This document shows, one piece after another, positions 39,873-53,739 of a DNA stretch of 64,000 bases. Each line of letters starts with the position of its first letter. The first letter of the stretch is position 1. Source of the stretch: Octopus bimaculoides (Eukaryota); assembly GCF_001194135.2 (NCBI RefSeq), contig NC_068989.1, positions 53,811,793 to 53,875,792 on the forward strand, read 5' to 3'. Under the pieces are notes generated by a model, which was not told the origin of the DNA, made no database searches, and saw only the letters and a program-made list of their open reading frames with translations. The position numbers and the translations under genes were made by a program.

Positions 39873-40591
39873 TATATAAATTTATAAATACATGTGTGTG
39901 TGTATATATGGATGTACGCATATATGTGTTTGTAAGTTTGTGTGCACGCATGTATATGTATGTGAATATACATATGTATGTTCATGTGTGTGCAGGAGGT
40001 TTGTTTAAATGTAAATATATGCATATTATGTGTGTATGTGTGTGTGTGTTGTGCGTGTGTGTGTACAAGTGAAAAAAAACTATTTATGTATGTACGAATC
40101 AATGTATATACCAATTTATCCGTGTATGCGTGTGTTTATTGAGGAATGACGCAAAGAGAAAATAAAAGATGGAAAAGAGATAAAAACTGATTATAAAGAT
40201 TATAAAATTGGATCGAATCTGGCAGAATCGAATTGGGTGGGATGGGAAGTTATGGGTTAGTAAGGTTCTGATCGATGATTAGATGGATGGATGGTTGGAC
40301 GGATGGCTTGTTCGCTGTCATTGGGATCGGTGCAAACGCCAAATATCAATGAAGATAACAGAAACGTCAATCGGGAACAAAGAAAACAATAACAAAAATG
40401 ATAATGGTAAAAGAATGTGGAAGGAATTCTTGTAGAATCGATCCATCATCGTATAAGGAAGCTCTATAAAATATTAAGAGGGATTGACGGAAGATTTCCG
40501 ATTGTTAAAGACACATCTTTCAACAAGAAATATCAGAATTGGTCTTAAAGAGAGAGAGAGAGAAAATGAATAGAAATGAATAAGAGAAAGC

Positions 40592-40645
<54 letters not shown>

Positions 40646-40804
40646 TGACAATTAAAACAAATAAACAAATAATTGTAAAACATAGAATAAATCAATATGG
40701 AAAAGGAAAACCAATATATTAAAAAAAAAAAATTAAATGTATGAGCATTAACGAAATTTCATATATATTTATATGGGTGTATATACATTCATACAAACAT
40801 ACTA

Positions 40805-40891
<87 letters not shown>

Positions 40892-41410
40892 GCTAAAAAT
40901 AAATACAAACGTATAATTATATATACGTATATGTATGTATATATGTGTATGTATGTGCGAGCACGTATGGTTGAAAGTTCGATGATTATATGGCAACGCC
41001 GCCGTTGATGAGGTGTTCAACAATGACAACAACTATAAACCTGATTAAATTCTAATCATAATAATAAATCTGAGACGAGGCACACCGCAGATCACAGGCA
41101 GCATCATTTATATCTAAGTATGCGTGTATGTATGTATGTATGTATGTATGTATGTATGTACGTATGTGTCTATGTGTGTGTGAAAGAAACCCTGTGTTGC
41201 CTTATAAATTATATAGCAAATTTGCATAAACTAGCACAAACGGCCGTGCATAAATTTGCACATTTCTTCTTATTACACTTTGGACACCGAAGACAGTACT
41301 GCTTAATGTATGTGTATACATATGTGTGTATACATATTTATATGCATATATGTACACACGCAGAGACACACACACACACACATATATATATGCATATATA
41401 TAATAATAAA

Positions 41411-41450
<40 letters not shown>

Positions 41451-42217
41451 TTTTAAACTTTTAAATTTTCATATTCAAAAGAGACAGAGGTAAGTTCTTA
41501 TGCTATATTGGTAACGGTTGCTACATCCTCTGGGAAAATTATTANNNNNNNNNNNNNNNNNNNNNNNNNNNNNNNNNNNNNNNNNNNNNNNNNNNNNNNN
41601 NNNNNNNNNNNNNNNNNNNNNNNNNNNNNNNNNNNNNNNNNNNNNNNNNNNNNNNNNNNNNNNNNNNNNNNNNNNNNNNNNNNNNNNNNNNNNNNNNNNT
41701 ATATATATATATATATATATATATGCATATATTGATACAGGACGTCACCAACTGTGTAAACAACATGAAATACGTAGACAAACGAGTTAAATACGCCAAA
41801 AAAAAACGAGAGAAAAAATTGGAAAATGACACATGGGATAAGGAATCACTAAAAATGTCATAAGGATGTGTGAACAAAGAGCTTTGACAAAGAAACTAAA
41901 ATAATAATAATAAAGCAAAAGTGAAAACCAAATGTATCGTACGTGCTCCTAATTGCCAATATATGACCATCCACAAATTATAGCAATATATATATATGCC
42001 ATTCAGTTGGAGGATAAAATATACATGTCAAAAGACTTCATATTATGGTACTAGATCCTTCTGCCAGCCAGCACAACTGTGCTTTATATAATATAATGTG
42101 CAAATATTTAACGGGACTCAAGGGTCATATAAGGATCTCACATTGCAATATCAATGCCTCTTTCACTGATCCTTTCTAACAATGGCTTTGCTCGTGTCCA
42201 TATAGTTCAAACTTATA

Positions 42218-43646
42218 GAAAAACAAAGACGAAGGCAGGTGTAGGAACAACAGGTAAGTGTATTAGTTTAACGCTCGGGAAAAATGGAAAAGTCTTTTAC
42301 GTTTCGAGCTTGCGCTCTTCGACAGAAAGGAATAAGAGGAAATAGATAATGAGGATGAAGACAACGTGTTGAGTTCAGTGGTCCAACATGACGAATCATA
42401 GGAAAAAAATTGGTTAAATGAAAGTGAGAAAATAATAAAGAGAAGTTGAATGAAGGGGAGATAATTCATGGTGATCCCAACAAGAGAAGGTGCGCAAGCG
42501 TGTGTGTTTGTGAGAACGATGCGTGTGATTGTGTAAGTGTGTATGTATAAACGGGGCAAGTGAGTTTGATGTGTGTCGGTGTATTGGCGTGTGTAACGTG
42601 TGTGTATGTGTGTGTGTGTTGTGTGTAGCAGTTCATGTGTGCTTTTACACATGGTGTGTGTACATGTGTATGTATGTGTGTGTGTGTCACTGTTAGCAAA
42701 TAGTGTGCATGTGTATAATGTATGTATGTGGAAGAAAGTTATCTTTGTCTATGTGTGTTGCGTGTCTTTATGCGTATTGCCTGTGTGTGTATGTGTGTAT
42801 GTGTATGTATAGTCTGTGTTTAGGTATTATGTGTTTGTGTAGGTGTGGGAGTGTGCATGATGGTGTGTGGTGTATGTATTGAGTTAAACAGTGTGTGTGT
42901 GTGTGTGGCTGTTCATATAGTGGTATGTGTGGTGACGCTATTAACGATTGTGTGCGGATGTGGATAATGGTGTGTTGTGTAAGTGCTAAGAAGTGTGTGT
43001 GAATTGGGAAGGTTTTGTGAGTGAGTGTAATGGTATGTGAACTGAGTGATGAGTTGAACAGTATTTATGTGTGTGTGTATAGTGGTACGTATAGGTGAGG
43101 GTGCCAAGGTGGGTGGTATGCGGGTGTGTAGGTGGAGAGTGTGGGACATGAGTGGGAATCCGCATGGGATTGGTGTCAAATGAAGAGAGGTGAGGTTGGT
43201 GTCAAATGAAGAGCAGGGGTGAGTTGAGCCCATATGGTACAAAGAAACGGAGTGAGAAGATTAATTTCTTTTCACAGCGAAAGCGGGAGTCCGAGTAGTC
43301 CCTGTGCAGAGATAATCCGAACACAGACAGATATTGTAGCGAATAACCGGTAGGGCGGAAATGGCGCGAGACGGGGGTGTCATTGCTGAGTTTAATGTCC
43401 CGGAGATGCTAGGCGAACTGGTCATAGTGTACTTGTAGTGAATGGAGGTAGTGAGAGCAGAGTGGTGGATGCTGACAGAAATTATCGAGAAATTCGACGG
43501 AAGAGCAGGGATAGTACTGGAAAATTTCGAGGACAGGATGGAAGTATTCGACAAAGGAGAAGAAGGAGTCCATTTGTTCGTGGAGAAGTGAGGTCGCACT
43601 CCTACTGTCATCGATATAACGGCCGTATAACTCGGGAGTGGGACAA
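42218..43646 (-). mobile_element. Penelope-like retroelement, 5'-truncated and internally deleted (RT fragment fused to GIY-YIG C-terminus, plus 3' terminal region)
   Basis: Minus strand reads PTPELYGRYIDD (YIDD at 43607-43618)...SFFSFVEYFHP...SVEFLD, then after a frameshift ISVSIHHSALTTSIHYK. It continues directly as DQFA*HLRDIKLSNDTPVSRHFRPTGYSLQYLSVFGLSLHRDYSDSRFRCEKKLIFSLRFFVPYGLNS...* (stop 43202-43204), a typical PLE GIY-YIG end. A CA-rich tract follows, then the PLE-type terminal motif CTGTCGAAGAGCGCAAGCTCGAAACGT near 42300-42325. Confidence 0.88.
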
Positions 43647-43651
43647 TATAC

Positions 43652-43695
<44 letters not shown>

Positions 43696-43968
43696 NNNNN
43701 NNNNNNNNNNNNNNNNNNNNNNNNNNNNNNNNNNNNNNNNNNNNNNNNNNNNNNNNNNNNNNNNNNNNNNNNNNNNNNNNNNNNNNNNNNNNNNNNNNNN
43801 NNNNNNNNNNNNNNNNNNNNNNNNNNNNNNNNNNNNNNNNNNNNNNNNNNNNNNNNNNNNNNNNNNNNNNNNNNNNNNNNNNNNNNNNNNNNNNNNNNNN
43901 NNNNNNNNNNNNNNNNNNNNNNNNNNNNNNNNNNNNNNNNNNNNNNNNNNNNNNNNNNNNNNNNNNNN

Positions 43969-44002
<34 letters not shown>

Positions 44003-44053
44003 TACACATGAATATTTACATATGTATGAGAAAACAGTATATAATTTCAGTCA

Positions 44054-44407
<354 letters not shown>

Positions 44408-45477
44408 TTAAAATATTTAGAAATTTTTTACTATCCCGTTTCGAAATTACCCCTGAATTGTTGTTTGCATTTTAACTACTCCTTCTAGCGGTTCAGATGT
44501 TCGATTATGGCCATCACTTATGTGTTTAAATGTACACTGTATATATAATGAATAATATATAGTCTATTGACTAGTTTTTCTACACGCTAGTGTAGAAAAA
44601 TTTCTAAATAATATTTTACTACCCTGAAATTAATTAATAATAATTCTTTTGGCTAATTTTGAAAGAAAATCGGCATTCTTTTTTTTTTTGCTGCTGATAA
44701 AAAACTGCGCTTGCGCGGTGGATTTGAAAAATTATAACGTGTAAGCACGAGGCATGTTCTGTATTGTCTCGAACTGTATTGCCTTGGCTTTCCTGCTGAT
44801 GAGAGCTTTGCCTAGTAAATTACTTTTATTTACTGAAGATAGATATTTACTTCAAAGATCAGATAATTTTCTTGTGATATTATAAATGAATTTTCGGAAA
44901 AGGTTCCTTAATGTTTTGAAATTATCTTTTATCTCAAAGTTATTTGTAATTGCCGCGGGGTATTTGTTTTCCTTCTCAAAATGAGGGAGAAACTCATTAA
45001 TAAAAACATTAACTTCATTGTATGTTCCCCGGGTCAAGATATTATGTTACTCTTCTCATTGCTCCCAATCACGACTCTAGAAGGTTTATGGGTGTGTGCT
45101 GTAAATGATATAACCGTCATTCAAATAATTATGATTTTGTAAGATGCATAAAGCTTTCACTAATTGTTTTAGACGTGAGGTTGCATGCAGACGCGGACAC
45201 CCTCTCGGCTTCCTCGCTCTTAAGCCAGTGGAACATCCAGGATAAAACAGTTCAAGAGAAAAAGAAAGAATGAGAGATGGGGCTGGGAGAGAGAGAGAAA
45301 GAGAGAGGGAGAAGTGAGAGATGTACTATCAAGGTGAATCGAAGTGCTTTGTTAAAGAACACTAATCGCTGCTTAATCCAAGAAATGAAATCACTACCTT
45401 ATGATCATGAGCCATATGCCCTAACCACTATGCCACCCATCTTCAACGTATATAAATGGTACAGACCCCTTCGGATA

Positions 45478-45746
45478 TCAATGAATTGCACCTAGAAAGT
45501 TCCCTTCCGTGGCAAGGTTGTTTATGGAAGACCAGTAGTCATCCATGCATACCAGCCTCCCCTCTCTACGCTACCGAGGTTATCGAAGGGAAAGGCAAAG
45601 GCCGATATGGCTTGCCCCTAGTGATGTCGCAACGTGAAATAAAGTGTCTTGCTCAAGAACACAACACACAGCCTGGTCTGAGAATCGAACTCACTACCTC
45701 ATGATTGTGAGCCCGATGCTCAGACCACTGAGCCATGTACCTTTAC
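45478..45746 (-). mobile_element. SINE family C (tRNA-derived head)
   Basis: Minus strand GTAAAGGTACATGGCTCAGTGGT (A box)...GTTCGATTCTC (B box)...TCTTGAGCAAGACACTTTATTTCACGTTG. Confidence 0.8.
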
Positions 45747-45987
45747 TATACATATAATGTAAACATTGTTGTAATCTGCTCTGATAAAAATTCTGGTATA
45801 TTCCATAACAAGGGTGTCTCAAATTAATATGAAGTCATCATTGTTTAAAAAGCGCTCACCACATGCATTCTCATAAAGCTGTCTGTAGGTTTAACACGCC
45901 ACCCTGTTTAAGACCACTACAATTGGGAATTTGGTAGCTTTAGCCAAGTTGACTCGTCTGTAAGAATCTGAAGTAGATTCATTACCA
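45738..45987 (+). repeat. 250-bp exact direct repeat, copy 1
   Basis: Identical on base-by-base reading to 46540-46789 (TACCTTTACTATAC...GATTCATTACCA). Confidence 0.95.
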
Positions 45988-46539
45988 GTCCTCTGCTAAC
46001 CGCCCACCCTTGTCCTGCAGTGACTTGTGAGATTTTATGGAGGGAGACAGCTTTCTCCAGGCCTCTCATGTGTTTCAGAGAAGCTGCACCAGGTACTGGT
46101 GCTGTATATTCAATCTCGATTAGAATAAGCAGAAAAAGTAAGAGAAAGTAGTTTGAGAATATTTTCAGTGAATAAAATCTTGCACAATTCTGTGGCACGT
46201 AAATTGTCGGAATCGAATCTTAAAAGGAAAGCTTTTGATTGCAAAATTTAGCTTCTAAATTCGAAACAATGTTTTATTTCATTTAATCAATTACGAAATA
46301 AAACAGAACGCGGAAATCTGGAAATTATACAACGTATTTAACTACTGATATAAATGGAGTGGAACTATATACATAAAAACCATTTGATAATTCAGTTTCT
46401 CTTTTGCCCCGTTATTGCCTTTAAATACATACATACACACATTTATTTATTTAGAGGTAAACAGTAATCAATACAAATAACAGAGTGTATGCCTTTGAAA
46501 CACATGGCCACCATTGCACTCACAGTTTCTCAGATGGCA

Positions 46540-46789
46540 TACCTTTACTATACATATAATGTAAACATTGTTGTAATCTGCTCTGATAAAAATTCTGGTA
46601 TATTCCATAACAAGGGTGTCTCAAATTAATATGAAGTCATCATTGTTTAAAAAGCGCTCACCACATGCATTCTCATAAAGCTGTCTGTAGGTTTAACACG
46701 CCACCCTGTTTAAGACCACTACAATTGGGAATTTGGTAGCTTTAGCCAAGTTGACTCGTCTGTAAGAATCTGAAGTAGATTCATTACCA
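46540..46789 (+). repeat. 250-bp exact direct repeat, copy 2
   Basis: Identical to 45738-45987; offset 802 bp. Confidence 0.95.
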
Positions 46790-46854
46790 TGCACGCGAAT
46801 AGACGTCCTTACAAATAGAAATACACATGTACTGTATATATACCTGGTTCAGTA

Positions 46855-47079
46855 ATATTCTTTTCTTTTCTAGGCACAAGGCCCGAAATTTCGGGGGAGG
46901 AAGCCAGCCGATTAGATCGACTCCAGTACGCAACTAGTACTTAATTTATTGACCGCAAAAGGATGAAATGCAAAGTCGACCTAGGCGGAATATAAACCCA
47001 GAACGTAAAGACGTAAAGACAGACGAAATACTGCTAAGCACTTGGCCCGGCGTGCTAAGGTTTCTACCAGCTCGGCGAC
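46855..47079 (-). mobile_element. SINE family A, full length
   Basis: Reverse-complement match to the 6283 copy. Confidence 0.88.
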
Positions 47080-47723
47080 TTCCTTGTTCAATAATATCAA
47101 TGTGCATATCTATGTGTGTGNNNNNNNNNNCACAAATATATATATGTTTATATTACATATATGCGTGTGTGCGTGTGTGTGAGAGAGAGAGTGGGCATGT
47201 GTGTATGTATGTGTGATTGTGTATGTGCATAAGTTTCCACACGCATGAAACAAATGCATGTATACGTATATGAATTTATGTGTGTGCGTAAGCATTTTTA
47301 TAAGAGAGAAGGGAGAGAGAGAGAGAGAGAGAGTGTGTGTGTGTGTCAGAGAGAGCTGGTGAGAGAGTGCTCTTGTGTTCCTATGCGAATAATAATAAAA
47401 TAATAATAATGACGAACGGGAAATATCTAGAAATACATTACTAGCTGAACTGTTACACACACACACACACATACATACACACACATACACACACACTCAC
47501 ACACGCAAATAGACACACACTCATACTTACAAGCACACAAACTCACACACGTATACACACATTCTATCTACCTATCTATCTACAAACACACACGCAAATA
47601 TATATATACACACATATATAGATATATATCATTTATTTAAAGATCACAATATATGTATTAATATTTATGTCTCACAAGATGGAGTAATTTTTTTGTTGAA
47701 TTTTCTATCACAGATCAGTATAT

Positions 47724-47770
<47 letters not shown>

Positions 47771-48248
47771 GTGCGAGTGTGTAAATATCTACAAGAATGA
47801 GCATCTGTATATATCTATGTGTATGTTGACGTTCACACACACATATATTTATATATATAAATTAATATATATGTGTATATATATATATATATNNNNNNNN
47901 NNNNNNNNNNNNNNNNNNNNNNNNNNNNNNNNNNNNNNNNNNNNNNNNNNNNNNNNNNNNNNNNNNNNNNNNNNNNNNNNNNNNNNNNNNNNNNNNNNNN
48001 NNNNNNNNNNNNNNNNNNNNNNNNNNNNNNNNNNNNNNNNNNNNNNNNNNNNNNNNNNNNNNNNNNNNNNNNNNNNNNNNNNNNNNNNNNNNNNNNNNNN
48101 NNNNNNNNNNNNNNNNNNNNNNNNNNNNNNNNNNNNNNNNNNNNNNNNNNNNNNNNNNNNNNNNNNNNNNNNNNNNNNNNNNNNNNNNNNNNNNNNNNNN
48201 NNNNNNNNNNNNNNNNNATCTAGAAAAGAATATATTTTGAAACTTATT

Positions 48249-48294
<46 letters not shown>

Positions 48295-48847
48295 TTGTGT
48301 ATAGATATTTATATATATACCTAAGTATGTGTATGCATGTATGTGCGCATGCATACGCATGCTTACGTGTGCATGATGCGGGCTGCAAGATTTAATAGAA
48401 ATACTATAATATACGCAGACGACATTTTGTTTCAACATAAGTACTCATATATATATATTTGTAAATCTACGTATGTTTGGGAGCCATTTTAATTTCAGAG
48501 ATCATTTGGTTTCTATCTCCTCGTATACAGATAAACCCATTATTGTTAGACAAGATGTCTAACTAAAGGGCGTCAAAAGAAATTTGTTACCCTTGAGATT
48601 TAGCTTTCTTTCTTATTTGTTATATTTTCGCTTTTCTTTTGATATAGTCTTTGTCTTGGAATCAATAATAAGCTGAAATATGTCCTACTAAAAGATTGGT
48701 TTCTTTTCTCGTTTGTTTTTTCTTTTTCTTTTTTTTTTTAGTGCTCATCTATTGCTTTCTGAATAAAGGCGTTCCCAAACGTAATCCTATAATTTTCACA
48801 CAAGCATGCACTCACAACCACACACATACCTATATATACATGCATAG

Positions 48848-48917
<70 letters not shown>

Positions 48918-49801
48918 GTAGAGACAGAAACACATGCATACGTATGTACACACTATTGATCACCATGTGAATGAAAAAATCTACAAAATGACTAACTGTA
49001 AAAAAGCTTAGTTGCTTGAGAGGCGGAACCGTGAAACTAATAGCTCTAAGTTGAGATACAAACACCTTCACAATATATGTATATGTATGACTCCGCTATG
49101 TATATATATATATATATATNNNNNNNNNNNNNNNNNNNNNNNNNNNNNNNNNNNNNNNNNNNNNNNNNNNNNNNNNNNNNNNNNNNNNNNNNNNNNNNNN
49201 NNNNNNNNNNNNNNNNNNNNNNNNNNNNNNNNNNNNNNNNNNNNNNNNNNNNNNNNNNNNNNNNNNNNNNNNNNNNNNNNNNNNNNNNNNNNNNNNNNNN
49301 NNNNNNNNNNNNNNNNNNNNNNNNNNNNNNNNNNNNNNNNNNNNNNNNNNNNNNNNNNNNNNNNNNNNNNNNNNNNNNNNNNNNNNNNNNNNNNNNNNNN
49401 NNNNNNNNNNNNNNNNNNNNNNNNNNNNNNNNNNNNNNNNNNNNNNNNNNNNNNNNNNNNNNNNNNNNNNNNNNNNNNNNNNNNNNNNNNNNNNNNNNNN
49501 NNNNNNNNNNNNNNNNNNNNNNNNNNNNNNNNNNNNNNNNNNNNNNNNNNNNNNNNNNNNNNNNNNNNNNNNNNNNNNNNNNNNNNNNNNNNNNNNNNNN
49601 NNNNNNNNNNNNNNNNNNNNNNNNNNNNNNNNNNNNNNNNNNNNNNNNNNNNNNNNNNNNNNNNNNNNNNNNNNNNNNNNNNNNNNNNNNNNNNNNNNNN
49701 NNNNNNNNNNNNNNNNNNNNNNNNNNNNNNNNNNNNATATATACCCACAGATAATTAGAGACATAAATATACAAACACACACACATATATATGAATTGGT
49801 G

Positions 49802-49851
<50 letters not shown>

Positions 49852-49974
49852 ACTGCCTGTTTGTCTGCCTGTCTTTCTGTCTGTCTAACTGTCTGTCTGT
49901 CTATCGCCCTGTCTGTCTGTCTCTCTCTCTCTCTCTTTATCTATCCATATATTTATACATCCCAAAATTGTATA

Positions 49975-50036
<62 letters not shown>

Positions 50037-50527
50037 CATTCATACAAATATTTGTATGTAAAAAATTATGTGTACATGTATATATATTTATATGTTTGTA
50101 TATATGAATGATTATATAACCATACACAAACACATATATTATTTCGTTTAACACATATACTATTTCGTTTTATTCACTCTACACAATTTTCAACTTCAGA
50201 GAAATTGAATATATAACATTATGATTATAATTAAAATTTAATTAAAATTCATATATTTGAATTGAAATTTATTCAGACCCATACAGTGTGATTGCGTTTG
50301 AGTCAACTTTCGTATGCCTCCGTTCATCATTCCTTCGACGTGTAGCTGTAGTTGTATATCAGTATATATGCGTATATGCGAATGCGTGTTCTTTTGTGAT
50401 AATGCAAACGTTTATATGTTTTTATTTGTATATGTGTGTGAGTATGCATGTTATGTATATGTATATCATATCACCATGCATAAATACATTTATGTATATA
50501 TATATATATATATGCACACACACACAC

Positions 50528-50580
<53 letters not shown>

Positions 50581-51196
50581 NNNNNNNNNNNNNNNNNNNN
50601 NNNNNNNNNNNNNNNNNNNNNNNNNNNNNNNNNNNNNNNNNNNNNNNNNNNNNNNNNNNNNNNNNNNNNNNNNNNNNNNNNNNNNNNNNNNNNNNNNNNN
50701 NNNNNNNNNNNNNNNNNNNNNNNNNNNNNNNNNNNNNNNNNNNNNNNNNNNNNNNNNNNNNNNNNNNNNNNNNNNNNNNNNNNNNNNNNNNNNNNNNNNN
50801 NNNNNNNNNNNNNNNNNNNNNNNNNNNNNNNNNNNNNNNNNNNNNNNNNNNNNNNNNNNNNNNNNNNNNNNNNNNNNNNNNNNNNNNNNNNNNNNNNNNN
50901 NNNNNNNNNNNNNNNNNNNNNNNNNNNNNNNNNNNNNNNNNNNNNNNNNNNNNNNNNNNNNNNNNNNNNNNNNNNNNNNNNNNNNNNNNNNNNNNNNNNN
51001 NNNNNNNNNNNNNNNNNNNNNNNNNNNNNNNNNNNNNNNNNNNNNNNNNNNNNNNNNNNNNNNNNNNNNNNNNNNNNNNNNNNNNNNNNNNNNNNNNNNN
51101 NNNNNNNNNNNNNNNNNNNNNNNGAGCATATACTTGTCAGCATGATGGTTTATGTGTGCGTCCATATGTATATATAAATATATATGTCTATATATT

Positions 51197-51237
<41 letters not shown>

Positions 51238-51769
51238 ATATATGCATGTATATTTGCATGTGTAGGAGTGAAAGAGAGAGAGAGAGTGTGTGTGTGCGTG
51301 TGTGTGTGTGTGTGTGTGTGAGGGGGAAATGTGTAAGAAACTGCATATTATGTAAGCAAGCAAATGCATTTTTTGCTGAATTGCATAATTTGTTAACTAG
51401 TAAGACCTGAGAAATTATATACGTATACGCTCAAATATATGTATATATATATACACACAGACACACAGACACACACACATATATGCATATAAATACACAC
51501 ACACAAATCTTGAGACGAGCCAACATCCTGAGCTTTGAGGCATGTGAGATATAGAAGGTCAATTTCGAAAGCAGTGCTTGTCATCGCTATCAATGGAAGA
51601 AACAAAGGAAGGAAGGGATCAGTATATCAGAAGAAACTTACATTTTTCATATTGAACTCAAGCGAGCTTTTCGAAAATGCACCACAATGGAAGATGTTGG
51701 ATCTGCAATATCTGCAGACTTGTATGTCTATCAAGATTTAGGTTTATTAGTCACCAGTGAAGGCAGCTT

Positions 51770-51945
51770 ACATTTGTAAATCGATTACATCCACCCCAGT
51801 GCTCAACTGGTACTTATTTTATCGACCCTGAAAATATGGAAGGCAAAGTCGACATCGGCGGAATTTGAGGTCAGAATATTGAAACGGACAAAATGTCGCT
51901 AATCACTTTGCCCGGCGTGCTAACGATTCTACCAACTCGCTACCT
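51770..51945 (-). mobile_element. SINE family A
   Basis: CTGGTACTTATTTTATCGACCC...GGCAAAGTCGAC...GTGCTAACGATTCT. Confidence 0.8.
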
Positions 51946-53044
51946 TTCGCTACCTATTAATAGTACGGGTGATATATCTTCAAGAAATCGGGGCTTATCG
52001 TTTGGAAATATAATACAGGCTTCGAAAGTATTGTGCAGGAAGACATGAACGTCGTACAATCGCCATATCTATTTCTGATACGGTCATCAGTGGTTTTCGT
52101 CAGTATTGTCATACTCATCAGCGCCGTGATGACGGCCCATAAGTAGACTCACAGCCATTTTCACACCATCTCCTGTGTCATCACTCTCCTCTTGTTATCT
52201 CTCTTCTCATTATTCAAAAACGCTCTTCTGATTCCCTTTCTTTCATTCTCGTCATCTTCCTATTCCTCCCGACTTCTCATCCATCCTGTTTCTCTATCGT
52301 TAATAACATTGGGATCCCCTTCTCTATTCTAAGGCAACTAAAAATCGTTTATATCATATTTGCTATTAGGCTCACCATACGAAGATGTATTCTTTGGATC
52401 CCTAGACTTTATCCGAACTACCCGCCCATCCCACACACTCTAAAGTACAACACTCGCACTTTCACACACACACACACATACACACATACACACATACATA
52501 CACATGCTCTCATCGAAACATATACAAAGAGGTGCGCATAAATAAATAGAGACGCGCAAATATATATATACACGCACACACATGCACATGCGATACACTC
52601 ACACGCTCCATACCACACCACACCACACTACACAACCATGTGTACATTGAAACACCTCAGGTTACTAACAAGACCCTAATTGTAGTTCGCCCTCTTGACA
52701 CTTGCTTGGATCGATCGTTTAAAAATAATTATATCCAATTTATTCCCGATAAGCTGTTTGTTTTCGCCTGGCTCCGGTTCCGACTCTCATCGATGGCAAC
52801 TGTGGACATTAAATCGACTCTCATCTCCTTACCCCACATACCTTCTTCCCTTCTTCCACTCACGATCATCATCGTCATCGTCATCGTCATCATCATCATC
52901 CTCGTCGTCGTCGTCGTCGTCGTCACCGTTGTCGTCACTGCCATCATCACATAATTAGCACCGGCACTGTCACCATTATCACAACCACCGCCATCCCCAC
53001 CCTCACCAACACAACCACCACCAGACTACTACTACTACTACTAC

Positions 53045-53128
<84 letters not shown>

Positions 53129-53584
53129 NNNNNNNNNNNNNNNNNNNNNNNNNNNNNNNNNNNNNNNNNNNNNNNNNNNNNNNNNNNNNNNNNNNNNNNN
53201 NNNNNNNNNNNNNNNNNNNNNNNNNNNNNNNNNNNNNNNNNNNNNNNNNNNNNNNNNNNNNNNNNNNNNNNNNNNNNNNNNNNNNNNNNNNNNNNNNNNN
53301 NNNNNNNNNNNNNNNNNNNNNNNNNNNNNNNNNNNNNNNNNNNNNNNNNNNNNNNNNNNNNNNNNNNNNNNNNNNNNNNNNNNNNNNNNNNNNNNNNNNN
53401 NNNCGTCATAATGAAACAATGAAACACCACCATCATCAGCACCATCACAATTATCATCAACATCAGCATCATTATTGTAATCATCGCACCCATCATCATC
53501 GTCATCGTCATCGTCATCGTCATCATCATCATCATCATCTTCCGCAGCAGAGGGGGTAAATTTGTCATTCTCCTCCTGCTCCTG

Positions 53585-53615
<31 letters not shown>

Positions 53616-53739
53616 CACTACTACTACTACTTTATGATGCTGTTCGTTCTTCCGTTCCTCTCACTCCCTCCCACTCTCCCTGTCACTCATTTCATTTCTA
53701 TCTTGGTAATGAGTAATTCATTCACACCCTCTACGTGTG

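Noticed and set aside
43261-43653. ORF-track protein MYIVPLPS... (and plus-strand MNGGSESR... at 43438) as host genes
   Set aside because: Both are alternative or shifted frames of the Penelope-like element.
44575-44600. 11-bp perfect hairpin TTTTTCTACAC-GCTA-GTGTAGAAAAA near the Pitx acceptor (similar short hairpins at 13422-13447 and near 34272-34296)
   Set aside because: Short, AT-rich inverted repeats are expected by chance in 64 kb. It is not a bacterial-type terminator in this eukaryotic context.
45986-46101. Exon-like minus-strand segment (polypyrimidine tract...TACAG| 116 nt |GTAATG; ORF track 45917-46198) as the upstream Pitx exon
   Set aside because: Its only open frame ends in phase 0, while the homeobox exon starts in phase 1. 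Joining gives ATT CCA ATG...TAG, out of frame, and 116 nt is not a multiple of 3. It could at most be a non-coding or poison exon; there is no evidence for that.
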